Shown here: positions 45,349 to 55,164 of the stretch, piece by piece
How the letters are laid out: each line of letters begins with the position of its first letter
Numbering within the stretch: position 1 is the stretch's first letter
Source of the DNA: a virus
DNA: 56,593 nt
Direction: 5' to 3' (one strand)
IMG/VR virus record: IMGVR_UViG_3300021300_000004
The notes under the pieces: generated by a model
Database searches by the model: none
Seen by the model: the letters and a program-made list of their open reading frames with translations, nothing else
What the model was told of the DNA's origin: nothing
Program-made: the position numbers and the translations under genes

Positions 45349-45580
45349 TTTTATCCTCTTCCTCTTTCTTAGTTTTGATTATTTTGAAATCAAGGTCGTT
45401 ATCTAATCGTACACCTGCAACATAGTTATGAGTATTATCACATATGAAACCACAAATGCATGTGATTAAACCTGATTGACTCATTTTTAAATGGTATCGT
45501 TTACAAACGGGACATCTTGTTTCTGTGATGTCGATTTCAAGTTTGTAAGCATACTTTTGCTGGTGCATTTTACTGTACAA
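45332..45580 (-). CDS. Zn-ribbon protein
   Basis: CPVC...CICG..C. Confidence 0.6.
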   Translation of the reverse strand: MYSKMHQQKYAYKLEIDITETRCPVCKRYHLKMSQSGLITCICGFICDNTHNYVAGVRLDNDLDFKIIKTKKEEEDKNDKTE

Positions 45581-45643
45581 GACATTAACCTCTCTTTCAT
45601 TATTATACTCTAATAAAAATACTTTAAAAAAAATTAATTATAA

Positions 45644-46453
45644 TTATTGAATGGGTTTCAAACCCAATGCTCTTTTGGCATTTCTGACTTTTTCCAATTC
45701 AGCTAATGGATTCGGGTCTGCTTTACCATGAAGGTTTGCGCCTTTGCTTCCCAGTGCACCTTTTTGTCTTTCAGTCATGACATTTTTGTATCTGTGATAA
45801 TAGTTACGGTTATTGATACGGTATTGTTCTGCAAGACTGTACTCTTTACATTTGTTTTTACAGTATTTCTTATGCTTTTTAGTTGGTTTGAATAAGCGTC
45901 CGCACCAGTTACATTTAGGCAAATTGTCAAATATGACTTTGACTATGTTTTCAAACACTTCCTCAGGTTTATCATGTACATAATCAACCTTTTTTACATT
46001 ATCCATTTCATTTATTAACTGGTCATATTTTTTTATCAGGTCGTAATGTTTCTGATGTGTATAATCCTGCTCTGCCATATAGGTATCAGTTCTTATGACG
46101 ATGTATAAATCCATTAATGGAAAATAACGATTGATTTGTTTAATGAATGTCCGTGGTGTGTTTTTATCTGTATTATAAACATAACTGGATAATATGCTCC
46201 TATCCCATATTACAATGTCATAATCCTCCCAGTTTTCACCATAGTAACTAAATGACCTGTCAAATGCCATTAGCAATGCAATCTCATGAGGTAATAATTG
46301 ATAAGATTTCAATATTTTTATTATTTCAATATTTGCCGGTTGAATTGCTAATCTGCACTTATACGATTTTTTAGACAGGAATTTCATTAACTTTTTACAC
46401 ATAGTTGATTTACCAACACCATCAACACCTTCCAAAGCAACATGCAAAGTCAT
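45644..46453 (-). CDS. tmk: Thymidylate kinase fused to C-terminal Zn-finger domain
   Basis: LEGVDGVGKST P-loop, DRSILSS; CNWC...YCKNKC. Confidence 0.85.
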   Translation of the reverse strand: MTLHVALEGVDGVGKSTMCKKLMKFLSKKSYKCRLAIQPANIEIIKILKSYQLLPHEIALLMAFDRSFSYYGENWEDYDIVIWDRSILSSYVYNTDKNTPRTFIKQINRYFPLMDLYIVIRTDTYMAEQDYTHQKHYDLIKKYDQLINEMDNVKKVDYVHDKPEEVFENIVKVIFDNLPKCNWCGRLFKPTKKHKKYCKNKCKEYSLAEQYRINNRNYYHRYKNVMTERQKGALGSKGANLHGKADPNPLAELEKVRNAKRALGLKPIQ

Positions 46454-46824
46454 TTATGGTTTCCTCCTCTCTTATTCCTTTCAATTCCTAATTGTTCACA
46501 AGCATAATCAAGTCTGCGTTTATCCCAAGCATTTTCATTATACCATTGGACTATTTTTTCAGCATCACTTAAACTGTTGAAACTTCCGTAGAAACTGGTC
46601 ATGCGTTTTTTGTTATTTCTGCGGCGAACATGATATTTTCCATTAACTTCATGTATGTATGGAGCAACTTTTGTGCTGTTTATAGGGTACTTTTTCTTTT
46701 GATGTGATGCGTGGTTAAAATAATCAAAAGCATCTTTCAAAGTTAAGTTATATTTAGACAAACTTTCACTTATTGTTGCACCATCTCGTATGTCTCTCTG
46801 GAACTTATCATAAACACTAATCAT
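46450..46824 (-). CDS. AP2-like DNA-binding protein
   Basis: YIHEVNGKYHVRRR...FYGSFNSLSDAEK. Confidence 0.55.
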   Translation of the reverse strand: MISVYDKFQRDIRDGATISESLSKYNLTLKDAFDYFNHASHQKKKYPINSTKVAPYIHEVNGKYHVRRRNNKKRMTSFYGSFNSLSDAEKIVQWYNENAWDKRRLDYACEQLGIERNKRGGNHK

Positions 46825-46830
46825 AAAAAA

Positions 46831-47043
46831 TCACATATCTAAAATTTCAATACATTCCTCAGGACACACATCAATGCAGACTTCACAGTAAGCACATTCA
46901 TAAGCATTATGCATAAAACACTTAACAGTCTCCTCATATGTTAAAGCACCATTCGGACAAGTATTAACACATTCAAGACAATAAGTACATTTACTGTCAT
47001 CAATACGGACAGTACAAAAATTAACTCCCTCAGCACCAGTCAA
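46831..47043 (-). CDS. 2x[4Fe-4S] ferredoxin
   Basis: CTYCLECVNTCP and CAYCEVCIDVCP. Confidence 0.92.
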   Translation of the reverse strand: MTGAEGVNFCTVRIDDSKCTYCLECVNTCPNGALTYEETVKCFMHNAYECAYCEVCIDVCPEECIEILDM

Positions 47044-47049
47044 TTCAAT

Positions 47050-47604
47050 TCACCTCACAGGTTGATTATCATAATCCCAGTAAGCTAATGATCCAACAAC
47101 ACCCTTTTGCTCCTGATACTTATTACCGCATTCACCATAAACACGGTCAGGGATAGTGTCCAGATGCTCAAAACATAACTGGCAGATACGCATACCGCTG
47201 TGCAGCATGATTGGTTGGTGTGCAAGGTTTTTGATTTCAAGTGTAATGTTGCCTTTGAAACCTGGGTCTATGAAACCGGCAGTTACATGTATTGCAACAC
47301 CAAGTCTGCCGATGCTTGACCTTCCTTCGACTTTTGCAGATAAACTTTTTGGTATTTCAACCCATTCCTTGGTTGTTGCAAGTATAAATTCATTTGGTGG
47401 TAGTACAATTGCATTGGCATTGATTATATTATACTTGGGTTCGTTATTTTTGATGTCCAGTACCTCTTCGGTTTTTACCGGACTCCAAAATTCATTGCCT
47501 AATCTGAGGTCCACACTTGATGGTTGTATTTCCTCAGGATATGGTTTTATGATTATTTCCTCAGATTTTAGTTTTTGTTTTATGGTTTTGTCTGATAGTA
47601 TCAT
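47050..47604 (-). CDS. dcd: dCTP deaminase (possibly dUMP-forming)
   Basis: IQPSSVDLRL, VEGRSSIGRLG, AGFIDPGFKGNITLE. Confidence 0.95.
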   Translation of the reverse strand: MILSDKTIKQKLKSEEIIIKPYPEEIQPSSVDLRLGNEFWSPVKTEEVLDIKNNEPKYNIINANAIVLPPNEFILATTKEWVEIPKSLSAKVEGRSSIGRLGVAIHVTAGFIDPGFKGNITLEIKNLAHQPIMLHSGMRICQLCFEHLDTIPDRVYGECGNKYQEQKGVVGSLAYWDYDNQPVR

Positions 47605-47628
47605 GTTTTTATTCTCATTATTTTGATG

Positions 47629-47886
47629 TTGTAAGTAAATAAAAAAAGTAGGACATATGAGGAAAAAAACATTGATTTTTGCAGTTTATTTTTGGAGATA
47701 ATATAAAATGATTATAAAGGGGTAGTAAGAATGCTAAAATTAGATTTGAAAGAGGGACTGATTATTAAAAGTTTCAGCGTTAAGTTAAATTTTAGGTTAT
47801 TAGTTTTTTGGGTTAAAAACTAAGGGTTTACATCAAGTCTAAGAAAAATAATCAGTATCTTTCATATAATTTTAACATTCTGTAAA
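47629..47886. ncRNA. Second structured non-coding element candidate
   Basis: 47629-47680 matches the reverse complement of 7588-7638; IRs ACTGATTATT/AATAATCAGT and TAGTTTTT/AAAAACTA. Confidence 0.35.
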
Positions 47887-47929
47887 ATAATATATGTTGG
47901 TGAATGGTTATAAAGTTCAAAATAATGAA
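47887..47929. repeat. Repeated element P, copy 2
   Basis: Same bipartite motif and 13-nt spacer as 7641-7683. Confidence 0.8.
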
Positions 47930-47937
47930 TGATTTAA

Positions 47938-48150
47938 TCATTCATCAATTGGTTTGACAGGAATAACAGTAACCTTGTCATAAGTAGATTTTATTGCAGG
48001 TAACAATTTCAGGAACCAGTCATGAGTCATAACATAAGACTGCATACACACAACCTCATCATGCACATAAAATCTGATTTTAGTGTAATCAATCTCATCG
48101 CATCTTTCAATTTCAACATGTGTGACATTTGGGTTAAAATAAACATACAT
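47938..48150 (-). CDS. Hypothetical protein
   Basis: SD GGTGGA. Confidence 0.6.
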   Translation of the reverse strand: MYVYFNPNVTHVEIERCDEIDYTKIRFYVHDEVVCMQSYVMTHDWFLKLLPAIKSTYDKVTVIPVKPIDE

Positions 48151-48179
48151 AAATAATCCACCATTAAAAAAAAGAGTTT

Positions 48180-48407
48180 TTATTTGAGGAATATTGATTC
48201 CTCATTACCGTTCAACAATTTAGATGTCCAGCCGTTGGTTAATGCAATTTTCCCGTTGATTTTTTTGCCGGTTACATTAACATCTGAAACTTCATGTAGT
48301 CCTTGACCGAGGTTTCTGGAATACATTTCAGCATCATCAAAAATGAATGTGATTTCATCAGTCGGGTTGCATTTTTCAAGTATACGGATAAGTTCTTGTG
48401 CTTTCAT
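48180..48407 (-). CDS. Hypothetical protein
   Basis: SD GGAGTTGA. Confidence 0.6.
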   Translation of the reverse strand: MKAQELIRILEKCNPTDEITFIFDDAEMYSRNLGQGLHEVSDVNVTGKKINGKIALTNGWTSKLLNGNEESIFLK

Positions 48408-48452
48408 GTCTGATCAACTCCATATTAAAAAAAATTTTTTTGGTGAAATTTT

Positions 48453-48761
48453 TTAGTAATTGATTTCACCGTATCTTAAATCTATGATTTCATTAATCAT
48501 GTCTTCTAACATGTTTGCACTCCAAGTTCCACTTACTGCTTCTATGAAGTCGCATAGTTGGTCGGTGCATAATATTGCGGAAATGATGTCGTAAAAATCA
48601 ACTGGTGCAATGAGGTTAGTGGTTTTTTTGGTGCCGCATTTGGTATCTGTGATTGTGAGTGTTTGGTATGCTCTTTTGTTGTTGTTGGTATAGATTTCAA
48701 AGGTCAAGTTTTCAATTGTGTTTTCACAAATTTTTGTTGTTTTCATATGTTTGGTCTCCAT
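48453..48761 (-). CDS. Hypothetical protein
   Basis: First ORF after promoter Y copy 2. Confidence 0.6.
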   Translation of the reverse strand: METKHMKTTKICENTIENLTFEIYTNNNKRAYQTLTITDTKCGTKKTTNLIAPVDFYDIISAILCTDQLCDFIEAVSGTWSANMLEDMINEIIDLRYGEINY

Positions 48762-48780
48762 TGTAATTTGATAATTATAC

Positions 48781-48839
48781 TTATGTTTTCATAGTATATA
48801 AAGGTATCTGTTAAAGTATACCATAAAAGTTAAAAAAAA
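48781..48839 (-). promoter_or_regulatory. Duplicated promoter Y, copy 2
   Basis: 52/59 identical to 15038-15096. Confidence 0.8.
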
Positions 48840-48974
48840 TAAAGGACACCAAACACTCCCAAAAGGAGCATTCAGCACCCCTTATTTTTCCACAGATTCA
48901 AAGGTGAAATAATAGATAAATCAAAGAGAATACAAATACAATTAAATAATATGCAATTACACAATATAAATAAA

Positions 48975-49661
48975 TTACTCATAAAACTCATCATGCAACT
49001 GCAACAAAATCATATCAGCCGTTTTTTCACCAACACCCTTCACTTTCAACAAATCCTCCTTTTGCAAACCCAAAACATCATCAACAGACCCCAAGCCCAA
49101 AGTATCACAAATATTCTTAGCAGTAACATGACCTACACGATGTATATTATTATTCAACAAACGATAAGCCGGACTGCCCCTTGATTTAGGAAATCTTTTC
49201 ACAATAGGTCGTGTGCTTGTGCATTTACGGGCCACCTGCTCCATGACTCCAAATGCAGTTTTACTGTTTGGAACCTGAATAATGCTGGTGAAATTCACAA
49301 GACTTGCAAAACCACCGTAAAATTCAGTGTTACTTAAATCACGACCAGTAACCCAATATTGCTTATCAGTAACTCGTTTTTTATCCTCATCAGTACCAAC
49401 CACAATAACAAAATGATAATCAAACTTATTAGATTGATTCAATGCTTGGTTAAATACACGATAATCTTTCAAACTACTAATATAATCATCAACAGTCTTA
49501 TACTCAAAAGCAACTTTTATATTTGAATCGTTATCAACAAATACATAATCACCATAAGGTAATTCAAGGACATAGGTCTGCAAACCCATATCCTCTTTAT
49601 AATACTGATAAGCCGGAGCAACACGGGATTGCTCACGGTCATCAATAAAAACAGTCATCAT
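48975..49661 (-). CDS. ERCC4-family nuclease with HhH (putative junction resolvase)
   Basis: IDDREQ, YGDY, FEYKTVDDY; C-terminal VKGVGEKTA. Confidence 0.88.
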   Translation of the reverse strand: MMTVFIDDREQSRVAPAYQYYKEDMGLQTYVLELPYGDYVFVDNDSNIKVAFEYKTVDDYISSLKDYRVFNQALNQSNKFDYHFVIVVGTDEDKKRVTDKQYWVTGRDLSNTEFYGGFASLVNFTSIIQVPNSKTAFGVMEQVARKCTSTRPIVKRFPKSRGSPAYRLLNNNIHRVGHVTAKNICDTLGLGSVDDVLGLQKEDLLKVKGVGEKTADMILLQLHDEFYE

Positions 49662-49849
49662 CTTTTGAACACTCCCAGTTCAGTTAAGATTTCTGTTTCC
49701 TCTTTGGTTAATTCTCTGATGTCCTCTGCAATGCTTATTAACTTTTTACGGTCATTTTCAGACTTCATTTGTTTTTTCAATTCTCTTTTGGAATCCTGCA
49801 CTGCTTTTAACTTTGCTTCTAATAAATTCATATGTCTTGTCAGCTCCAT
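49658..49849 (-). CDS. Small coiled-coil protein
   Basis: Heptad pattern. Confidence 0.55.
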   Translation of the reverse strand: MELTRHMNLLEAKLKAVQDSKRELKKQMKSENDRKKLISIAEDIRELTKEETEILTELGVFKR

Positions 49850-49859
49850 ATCATAATTA

Positions 49860-50081
49860 TTATTTTTTACATTCTAAGTTACCGGAAATAAGAGTAATAA
49901 CTTTATCAGTTTTTTTAGTTACCTTATTCTTATTATACACAACATGAACATCAGATAAACGATATAAGCCAGTATCAGTTTTAATATAAATATCCAGTTC
50001 ACCGGAATGCAAATCACGGTAATGGTCGTTTATCTCATTTCTCACTTTCGCATATAAATCATTTTTAGTATTCAAACTCAT
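49860..50081 (-). CDS. Hypothetical protein
   Basis: Array ORF. Confidence 0.55.
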   Translation of the reverse strand: MSLNTKNDLYAKVRNEINDHYRDLHSGELDIYIKTDTGLYRLSDVHVVYNKNKVTKKTDKVITLISGNLECKK

Positions 50082-50104
50082 ATTATCAAAATCCTCATTC
50101 TATA

Positions 50105-50443
50105 TCAAAATTTCAAATCCTCAACATTATCACAGAAACTAACATTAATCCTGACATGATCCAAATCCCTGAAATCATAATCCATCTTGAAACCATAAAA
50201 AAACATTGGATTCACAACACCAACACCATCAATAACTGATGACCTTGGATAAGTAACTGCCTCTGCGATTTGACCGTTATTTCTTTCAAATGTAACATGT
50301 ATAATATCTGCCGGTGTTGGGTGTATGCCTACACGATGCAGACATCTTAACATGTATCGTGCGTAGTTTTCCAATTCTTTTAATGCTTTCCAGTATGCTT
50401 TTTCTATGTTTGGCATTTTGATTGTTATATCTGATGCTTTCAT
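50105..50443 (-). CDS. Hypothetical protein
   Basis: Array ORF with SD GGAG. Confidence 0.6.
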   Translation of the reverse strand: MKASDITIKMPNIEKAYWKALKELENYARYMLRCLHRVGIHPTPADIIHVTFERNNGQIAEAVTYPRSSVIDGVGVVNPMFFYGFKMDYDFRDLDHVRINVSFCDNVEDLKF

Positions 50444-50733
50444 AATTTTACTCCTATTTGTGCTGCTAATTGTCGGATTACATTTTTTCCGATGTCAGTT
50501 CTTTCATTACAATATGCATTCATGATTGTTTCACGGATATTGTTTAGTTCCTCTTCGGTTTCCTCATACCTGTTTAACAGTGATGTGATTTTTTCAATAT
50601 TTTTCATGTTGGTTTCCAGACAGTTTTTATCACTGGTTATGTTTACATGACTGATTGGTTTGTCATTATAGTATTGTATGATGTTTATGTCTGTATACAT
50701 AATGTCCTCTTGAACTTGGGTTTTAAAGCTCAT
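50440..50733 (-). CDS. Hypothetical protein
   Basis: Array ORF. Confidence 0.6.
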   Translation of the reverse strand: MSFKTQVQEDIMYTDINIIQYYNDKPISHVNITSDKNCLETNMKNIEKITSLLNRYEETEEELNNIRETIMNAYCNERTDIGKNVIRQLAAQIGVKL

Positions 50734-50941
50734 TAATACTCATCTCCTTAACAACATTATCTATATCCACAGACACTTTCCTTGGTTCAATGATTATCTC
50801 ATGACAATCATCATCAATGGTTATTTCCATTGCTTCAATGTAGTGTACGGTTGTGTCTGTAATGTAAAATAAAGGGTATCCTTTCATTATTTTGAAAAAT
50901 AATTTTAAGAATATTCCTGCAATGTGTGTTTTAATCATCAT
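50723..50941 (-). CDS. Hypothetical protein
   Basis: Array ORF. Confidence 0.55.
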   Translation of the reverse strand: MMIKTHIAGIFLKLFFKIMKGYPLFYITDTTVHYIEAMEITIDDDCHEIIIEPRKVSVDIDNVVKEMSINEL

Positions 50942-50942
50942 T

Positions 50943-51188
50943 TTAGTTGCTCCATTTTCTTGACAGGTCTTTATCGTTGAATACGGTTTTTTCTTGACAT
51001 TCTTTCATACTGCTGATGTTGTCCTGAAAGAATTTCAGACACATGTCTCTCTTTGGATTGTAGTTATCACAGTTAAGATGGATATTTTGTTTGCAATTGT
51101 CGCATCTATTGTCTTTATCATATTTGTTATCACAGTATAATATGTCATCTTCACTGTATCTGTATTCACAGTCTTTAAAATCACTCAT
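50943..51188 (-). CDS. Cys-rich small protein
   Basis: Multiple Cys incl. CDNCK. Confidence 0.6.
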   Translation of the reverse strand: MSDFKDCEYRYSEDDILYCDNKYDKDNRCDNCKQNIHLNCDNYNPKRDMCLKFFQDNISSMKECQEKTVFNDKDLSRKWSN

Positions 51189-51418
51189 TTTTTCACCTGC
51201 TCATAAGTTTCATAAAATATATCTGGTTTACATGGGTAAGGTTCACCATGCACACCAATTATGATGAAATCTCCTTTGTCTGCTTTCATTGTGCCTTCAA
51301 GGGTTTCAATTAACATTTCCTCATCTGTTTGATATGCTTTTACCACTACTGGTTTTTTACGATATTCTTTAAATTTACTTTCATCTATATTTCCTTGTTT
51401 AACAATATTATTGGTCAT
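51185..51418 (-). CDS. PGDYG-like phage protein
   Basis: [12 protein letters not shown]...TLEG...[21 protein letters not shown]. Confidence 0.8.
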   Translation of the reverse strand: MTNNIVKQGNIDESKFKEYRKKPVVVKAYQTDEEMLIETLEGTMKADKGDFIIIGVHGEPYPCKPDIFYETYEQVKK

Positions 51419-51597
51419 TTTTCCCAAAACTCCATTAATCCATTGTGACCCCATTCTCGACCACAATCTTTGCAAATATATTTAACATAACATTTTTCAA
51501 GGTCATTCGGGTCATAATACTTTTCAATTTCAATATCCTTACTGCCACATTTAAGGCATTTAGGAATCCATATAATCTTAGGACCATCACTCACTCT

Positions 51598-51927
51598 TTA
51601 TAACTCCATTTCTTTTTTAATCTTATCCAAATAAACAACCGGCACATCATATGCTAATGCAATATCATGTTCCAGATTGCAACCTCTGGCATTTTCCCAA
51701 CCATAACCCATAGCAAGCACATCTGCCATGCTCATAAACAGTATTGATTCACTAAAACATTCTAATGCTGATTTTTCATTATGGTTTTCAATTACTGTAC
51801 TCATTATCTCACAATTATCATCGTAATAGTCAAATAATAAGTTTGCCATTTCGTTTCTTTCATCTGATATTTCTTTATCTGTTTTGTCCTTCATTGGACT
51901 GCTTAACATGATTTTAATTTTACTCAT
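51598..51927 (-). CDS. DUF4406 / nucleoside deoxyribosyltransferase-like protein
   Basis: LSSPM...ADVL...GWENARGCNLE. Confidence 0.7.
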   Translation of the reverse strand: MSKIKIMLSSPMKDKTDKEISDERNEMANLLFDYYDDNCEIMSTVIENHNEKSALECFSESILFMSMADVLAMGYGWENARGCNLEHDIALAYDVPVVYLDKIKKEMEL

Positions 51928-52082
51928 AAATTAGTCCTCCCTTATTGAATAATGCTCCTTATCAATGGATTTGACTTTAATGTCTTTGTCATGCTCATTT
52001 ACAATTTCTGCAATTAGTTTCATGTCTCTTATGCCGTCCCATTTCAGGATTGCTATTCCAGTATCAATTTGAAACAATCTAA

Positions 52083-52403
52083 TCATTTAAACGCCTCATC
52101 AATTTTAGTCTCTTTCTTAATCCATTCAACATAATCCTTACGAATAATCAAAGGTTCACCATCATTTGCCGCCTTTTCCAAATCCTTAATAATATCCAAT
52201 AAAACAAGTTTCAGTTTAGTATTCTCATATCTAATCTGAGTATTCTCATCTGCCAAATTAGAAATTAAAAATAAACTGGATTTAGCTGTACTAACATCAT
52301 AAACTTGCCTTTCAATAATATCCACCAGATACCTAAATCTTGGGTGTTCCAACTTATCCATATTTATAATCCTCCATGTGTTTTCAAGAATGAAACAATA
52401 CAA
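52083..52403 (-). CDS. Hypothetical protein
   Basis: Likely start MDKLE. Confidence 0.55.
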   Translation of the reverse strand: MYCFILENTWRIINMDKLEHPRFRYLVDIIERQVYDVSTAKSSLFLISNLADENTQIRYENTKLKLVLLDIIKDLEKAANDGEPLIIRKDYVEWIKKETKIDEAFK

Positions 52404-52639
52404 GCAATAATCATAATCAAACCAATGAAACCATAAAAATAATATCCATAATATGCACTGGTGAAATAACTATGATTATAATCAGGACAAGTAAAAACCT
52501 CATCAAAAGGTGTATTTCTGCAAGTTTTCTCATGACCTTTACCACAACCAGATTGTCTTATCACAGGCACATCAGGATAATAATCATACCAAAAATGCTT
52601 ACACTTAAAACAATCAACACCTTCACTCATTCGCTCCAC
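52364..52639 (-). CDS. Cys-rich membrane-anchored protein
   Basis: CFKCKH...C-terminal TM segment. Confidence 0.6.
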   Translation of the reverse strand: MERMSEGVDCFKCKHFWYDYYPDVPVIRQSGCGKGHEKTCRNTPFDEVFTCPDYNHSYFTSAYYGYYFYGFIGLIMIIACIVSFLKTHGGL

Positions 52640-52768
52640 TCCTTAAAATCCTCATAAAACTTCTCATAATCCTTTTTATTCAAAATAAGAATAGGTGCCT
52701 GACACCTATCATCACAGATAACTGTCAAACCCCTGAACAAATAACTAATGTCATTAATCATAGAACCA

Positions 52769-52978
52769 CTATTCCCGATAGATCATACAAATAATCATAC
52801 CTTGAATCTCAATCAATTCATGAGTTAATTCACCTCTGCGTTTCTCAACATCAGTTAGTTCCTCAACTAATGCATCAGATTTAGCCACTAATTCACTAAA
52901 TGATAATTCATTGTTCTTGATTTGCTCTTCCATTACTTTTTTAGCATTTTCCTTAAACTCTTTCACATTAAATTCCAT
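52769..52978 (-). CDS. Small coiled-coil protein
   Basis: Array ORF. Confidence 0.55.
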   Translation of the reverse strand: MEFNVKEFKENAKKVMEEQIKNNELSFSELVAKSDALVEELTDVEKRRGELTHELIEIQGMIICMIYRE

Positions 52979-52983
52979 ATTCT

Positions 52984-53220
52984 TTAATCCTCCTTAGATT
53001 CATAATCATATCTTCCAATATGCTCCGGCAATATACCAACCTTAACAGTAACCTGACCATATTCATATTTATGCTGAATATCCGTTAAGTCAAATTCATT
53101 AAAATTTTTCTGTAACATATTAACTTCCTCATCAGCATTCTCAAAGTCCATTAACTCAAATGTTACAAATCTTGATTTTTTCAGTAAGCTAATCAGATTA
53201 ACTAACAATAAATCATTCAT
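52984..53220 (-). CDS. Hypothetical protein
   Basis: Array ORF. Confidence 0.55.
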   Translation of the reverse strand: MNDLLLVNLISLLKKSRFVTFELMDFENADEEVNMLQKNFNEFDLTDIQHKYEYGQVTVKVGILPEHIGRYDYESKED

Positions 53221-53495
53221 TCTAATACCTCTTCAAGATTAATATCAAACTCTTCCATTAACCAATCACTAACCTTATCCAACTGCTCATTTAATTGAGT
53301 ATTCTCATCAGATAAACGCTTATTTTCCCTTTGAAGTTTACTCCTCACTTCACGATAATGTTTCAAATAATTATCCTGACGATTCAATAAATCTTCAAAA
53401 GGAATAGTGCAGTCAGCAAGACTAACACCAGTACGATATTCCTGTCCAGTTTCATTATCAGTTAATGCATAAGCACCTAACTTATACCTCTTCAT
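53217..53495 (-). CDS. Coiled-coil hypothetical protein
   Basis: Array ORF. Confidence 0.6.
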   Translation of the reverse strand: MKRYKLGAYALTDNETGQEYRTGVSLADCTIPFEDLLNRQDNYLKHYREVRSKLQRENKRLSDENTQLNEQLDKVSDWLMEEFDINLEEVLE

Positions 53496-53854
53496 AAACC
53501 ATCTAACTCCCAGTAAGTATAAAAATTAAACACTTGATGCAATGCTCTATTAAAATTACCATCAAAACGAATAGCACGGTCATCTACATAACACAATGCA
53601 GGAGGTTTAACATTAGTAACCTCATCAACAGTAATCTTATTCTCTTTCAACCATTCCTTGACCTTGCTTGTATCTCTCGCAGTTAAAATAACCACTTCAT
53701 ACAATACACTTAATCTTTCAATAAATTCCTTTGCTCCTGGTTTCAATTCAAATAAATAATCAGGGTCATAAAAAGAATAATTATTCAGGACACCATCAAA
53801 GTCAATGCAGACCACTGGTTTGTGCCTTTTCATTTTACCAATACATTTACACAT
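53492..53854 (-). CDS. HAD-superfamily phosphatase / nucleotidase
   Basis: CIDFDGVL, ILTAR, YVDDR. Confidence 0.85.
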   Translation of the reverse strand: MCKCIGKMKRHKPVVCIDFDGVLNNYSFYDPDYLFELKPGAKEFIERLSVLYEVVILTARDTSKVKEWLKENKITVDEVTNVKPPALCYVDDRAIRFDGNFNRALHQVFNFYTYWELDGL

Positions 53855-54016
53855 AAATATCTCATTCCCTTATCATTAAATTAGTAACATTAAACACCGT
53901 AACCATTATACAACACACTATTTGCATTAAACTATATGTTACAATATCAAATACTTGAAACCAACAATGACATATAGCTAAAATAGCTTGAAACAATACA
54001 ATACTAAAACTAATTT

Positions 54017-54277
54017 TCAACAATGTTTCCATAATACCCCCTCAGCATCAGATAATAATTTATTCTCATCTTTATCCATTTCATTCACCACATGATACAC
54101 AATATGAAACCGTATCACAGTTTTACATACCGGACATCTAAAAACAAAACTTTTACGGATAAACATTAATAATAATCCGAGTTTACTGAACTTGAAAGTA
54201 TAACCACATTTGCATCTCCGTAGTTTCGGATCTATGTTTTCGGTTTCAGTTACATGATAATGAGTTAAATATTTCAT
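54017..54277 (-). CDS. Zn-ribbon protein
   Basis: CKCG...CPVC. Confidence 0.6.
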   Translation of the reverse strand: MKYLTHYHVTETENIDPKLRRCKCGYTFKFSKLGLLLMFIRKSFVFRCPVCKTVIRFHIVYHVVNEMDKDENKLLSDAEGVLWKHC

Positions 54278-54617
54278 GTTTAATCATCACTCATTCCGGT
54301 TATCAGGTAGATTAATATTCCTATAAGCAGTATTCCCATTATCATTTGCAGGTTAAACATTGACATTTAAATCACTCCATAATGGAACTGTAACGGTTAT
54401 GATTTTCAATTTTGGTCTTGGTAAGTCAATGTTTTTTTTCTGCATTATTTCATGTACATTAATATAAAATCTTTCATTCATTGTCTGGTCGCACCTCATT
54501 AAAATTAATAAGTTAATGATTGATTAAAATAACAGTTGCCCTTGCAACAATTAAAATAACCAACACACTAACCACAAATAAGAGATAATAACAATAAAAA
54601 CACTATCAAAAATGTAA

Positions 54618-55163
54618 TTAAGTTATATCAAACTCCTCTAAAATACGAGTCTTGCACTCTTCATTCCAACCCATACATCGAAACCTATTAACAATCTCAC
54701 GCACCGTATCCTCAGAAACCTTATCCGCAGGGATACTGGCAAAAACCTTATTCCGACCATCAATAAATTTCTGAATAATATAATGCCTATTCACCAAAGT
54801 ATAATTCTTAGGTTTAACCTTTAACCTGTTAATCTCAAACTTAATCTCAGGTGTAATAACCCAATCATTGGATAAACATAATGCTGCAATATACTTAGCA
54901 TCTTCCTCAGATTCAAACTTACCCACATGCTGATAAATACCAGCAGTCTGTTTCTGCACAGTAAACTTACCATCACGAGTTTGGCGGTAAAATTTAGCAG
55001 TAGTTGAATTCATATGTCTGACATCAGGAATATCGCCATTATTCCTTGCTTGATTACGCATATGACTATATTCTCTACCATTCAGACCATGTATGCGGCG
55101 GACATCATGAGCTGTTAAATTCAAATTATTATAATCACTTACAAAATCCTCATAAACAGTCAT
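54618..55163 (-). CDS. Protein with tandem AP2-like domains
   Basis: FYRQTRDGKFTVQK...HVGKFESEEDAK and second NYTLVNRHYIIQK repeat. Confidence 0.5.
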   Translation of the reverse strand: MTVYEDFVSDYNNLNLTAHDVRRIHGLNGREYSHMRNQARNNGDIPDVRHMNSTTAKFYRQTRDGKFTVQKQTAGIYQHVGKFESEEDAKYIAALCLSNDWVITPEIKFEINRLKVKPKNYTLVNRHYIIQKFIDGRNKVFASIPADKVSEDTVREIVNRFRCMGWNEECKTRILEEFDIT

Positions 55164-55164
55164 A

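Noticed and set aside
7588-47680. 2-micron-like FLP/FRT genome flipping between the inverted M motifs
   Set aside because: The copies differ by indels, lack dyad symmetry, and the genome is uniformly co-oriented; no positive evidence.
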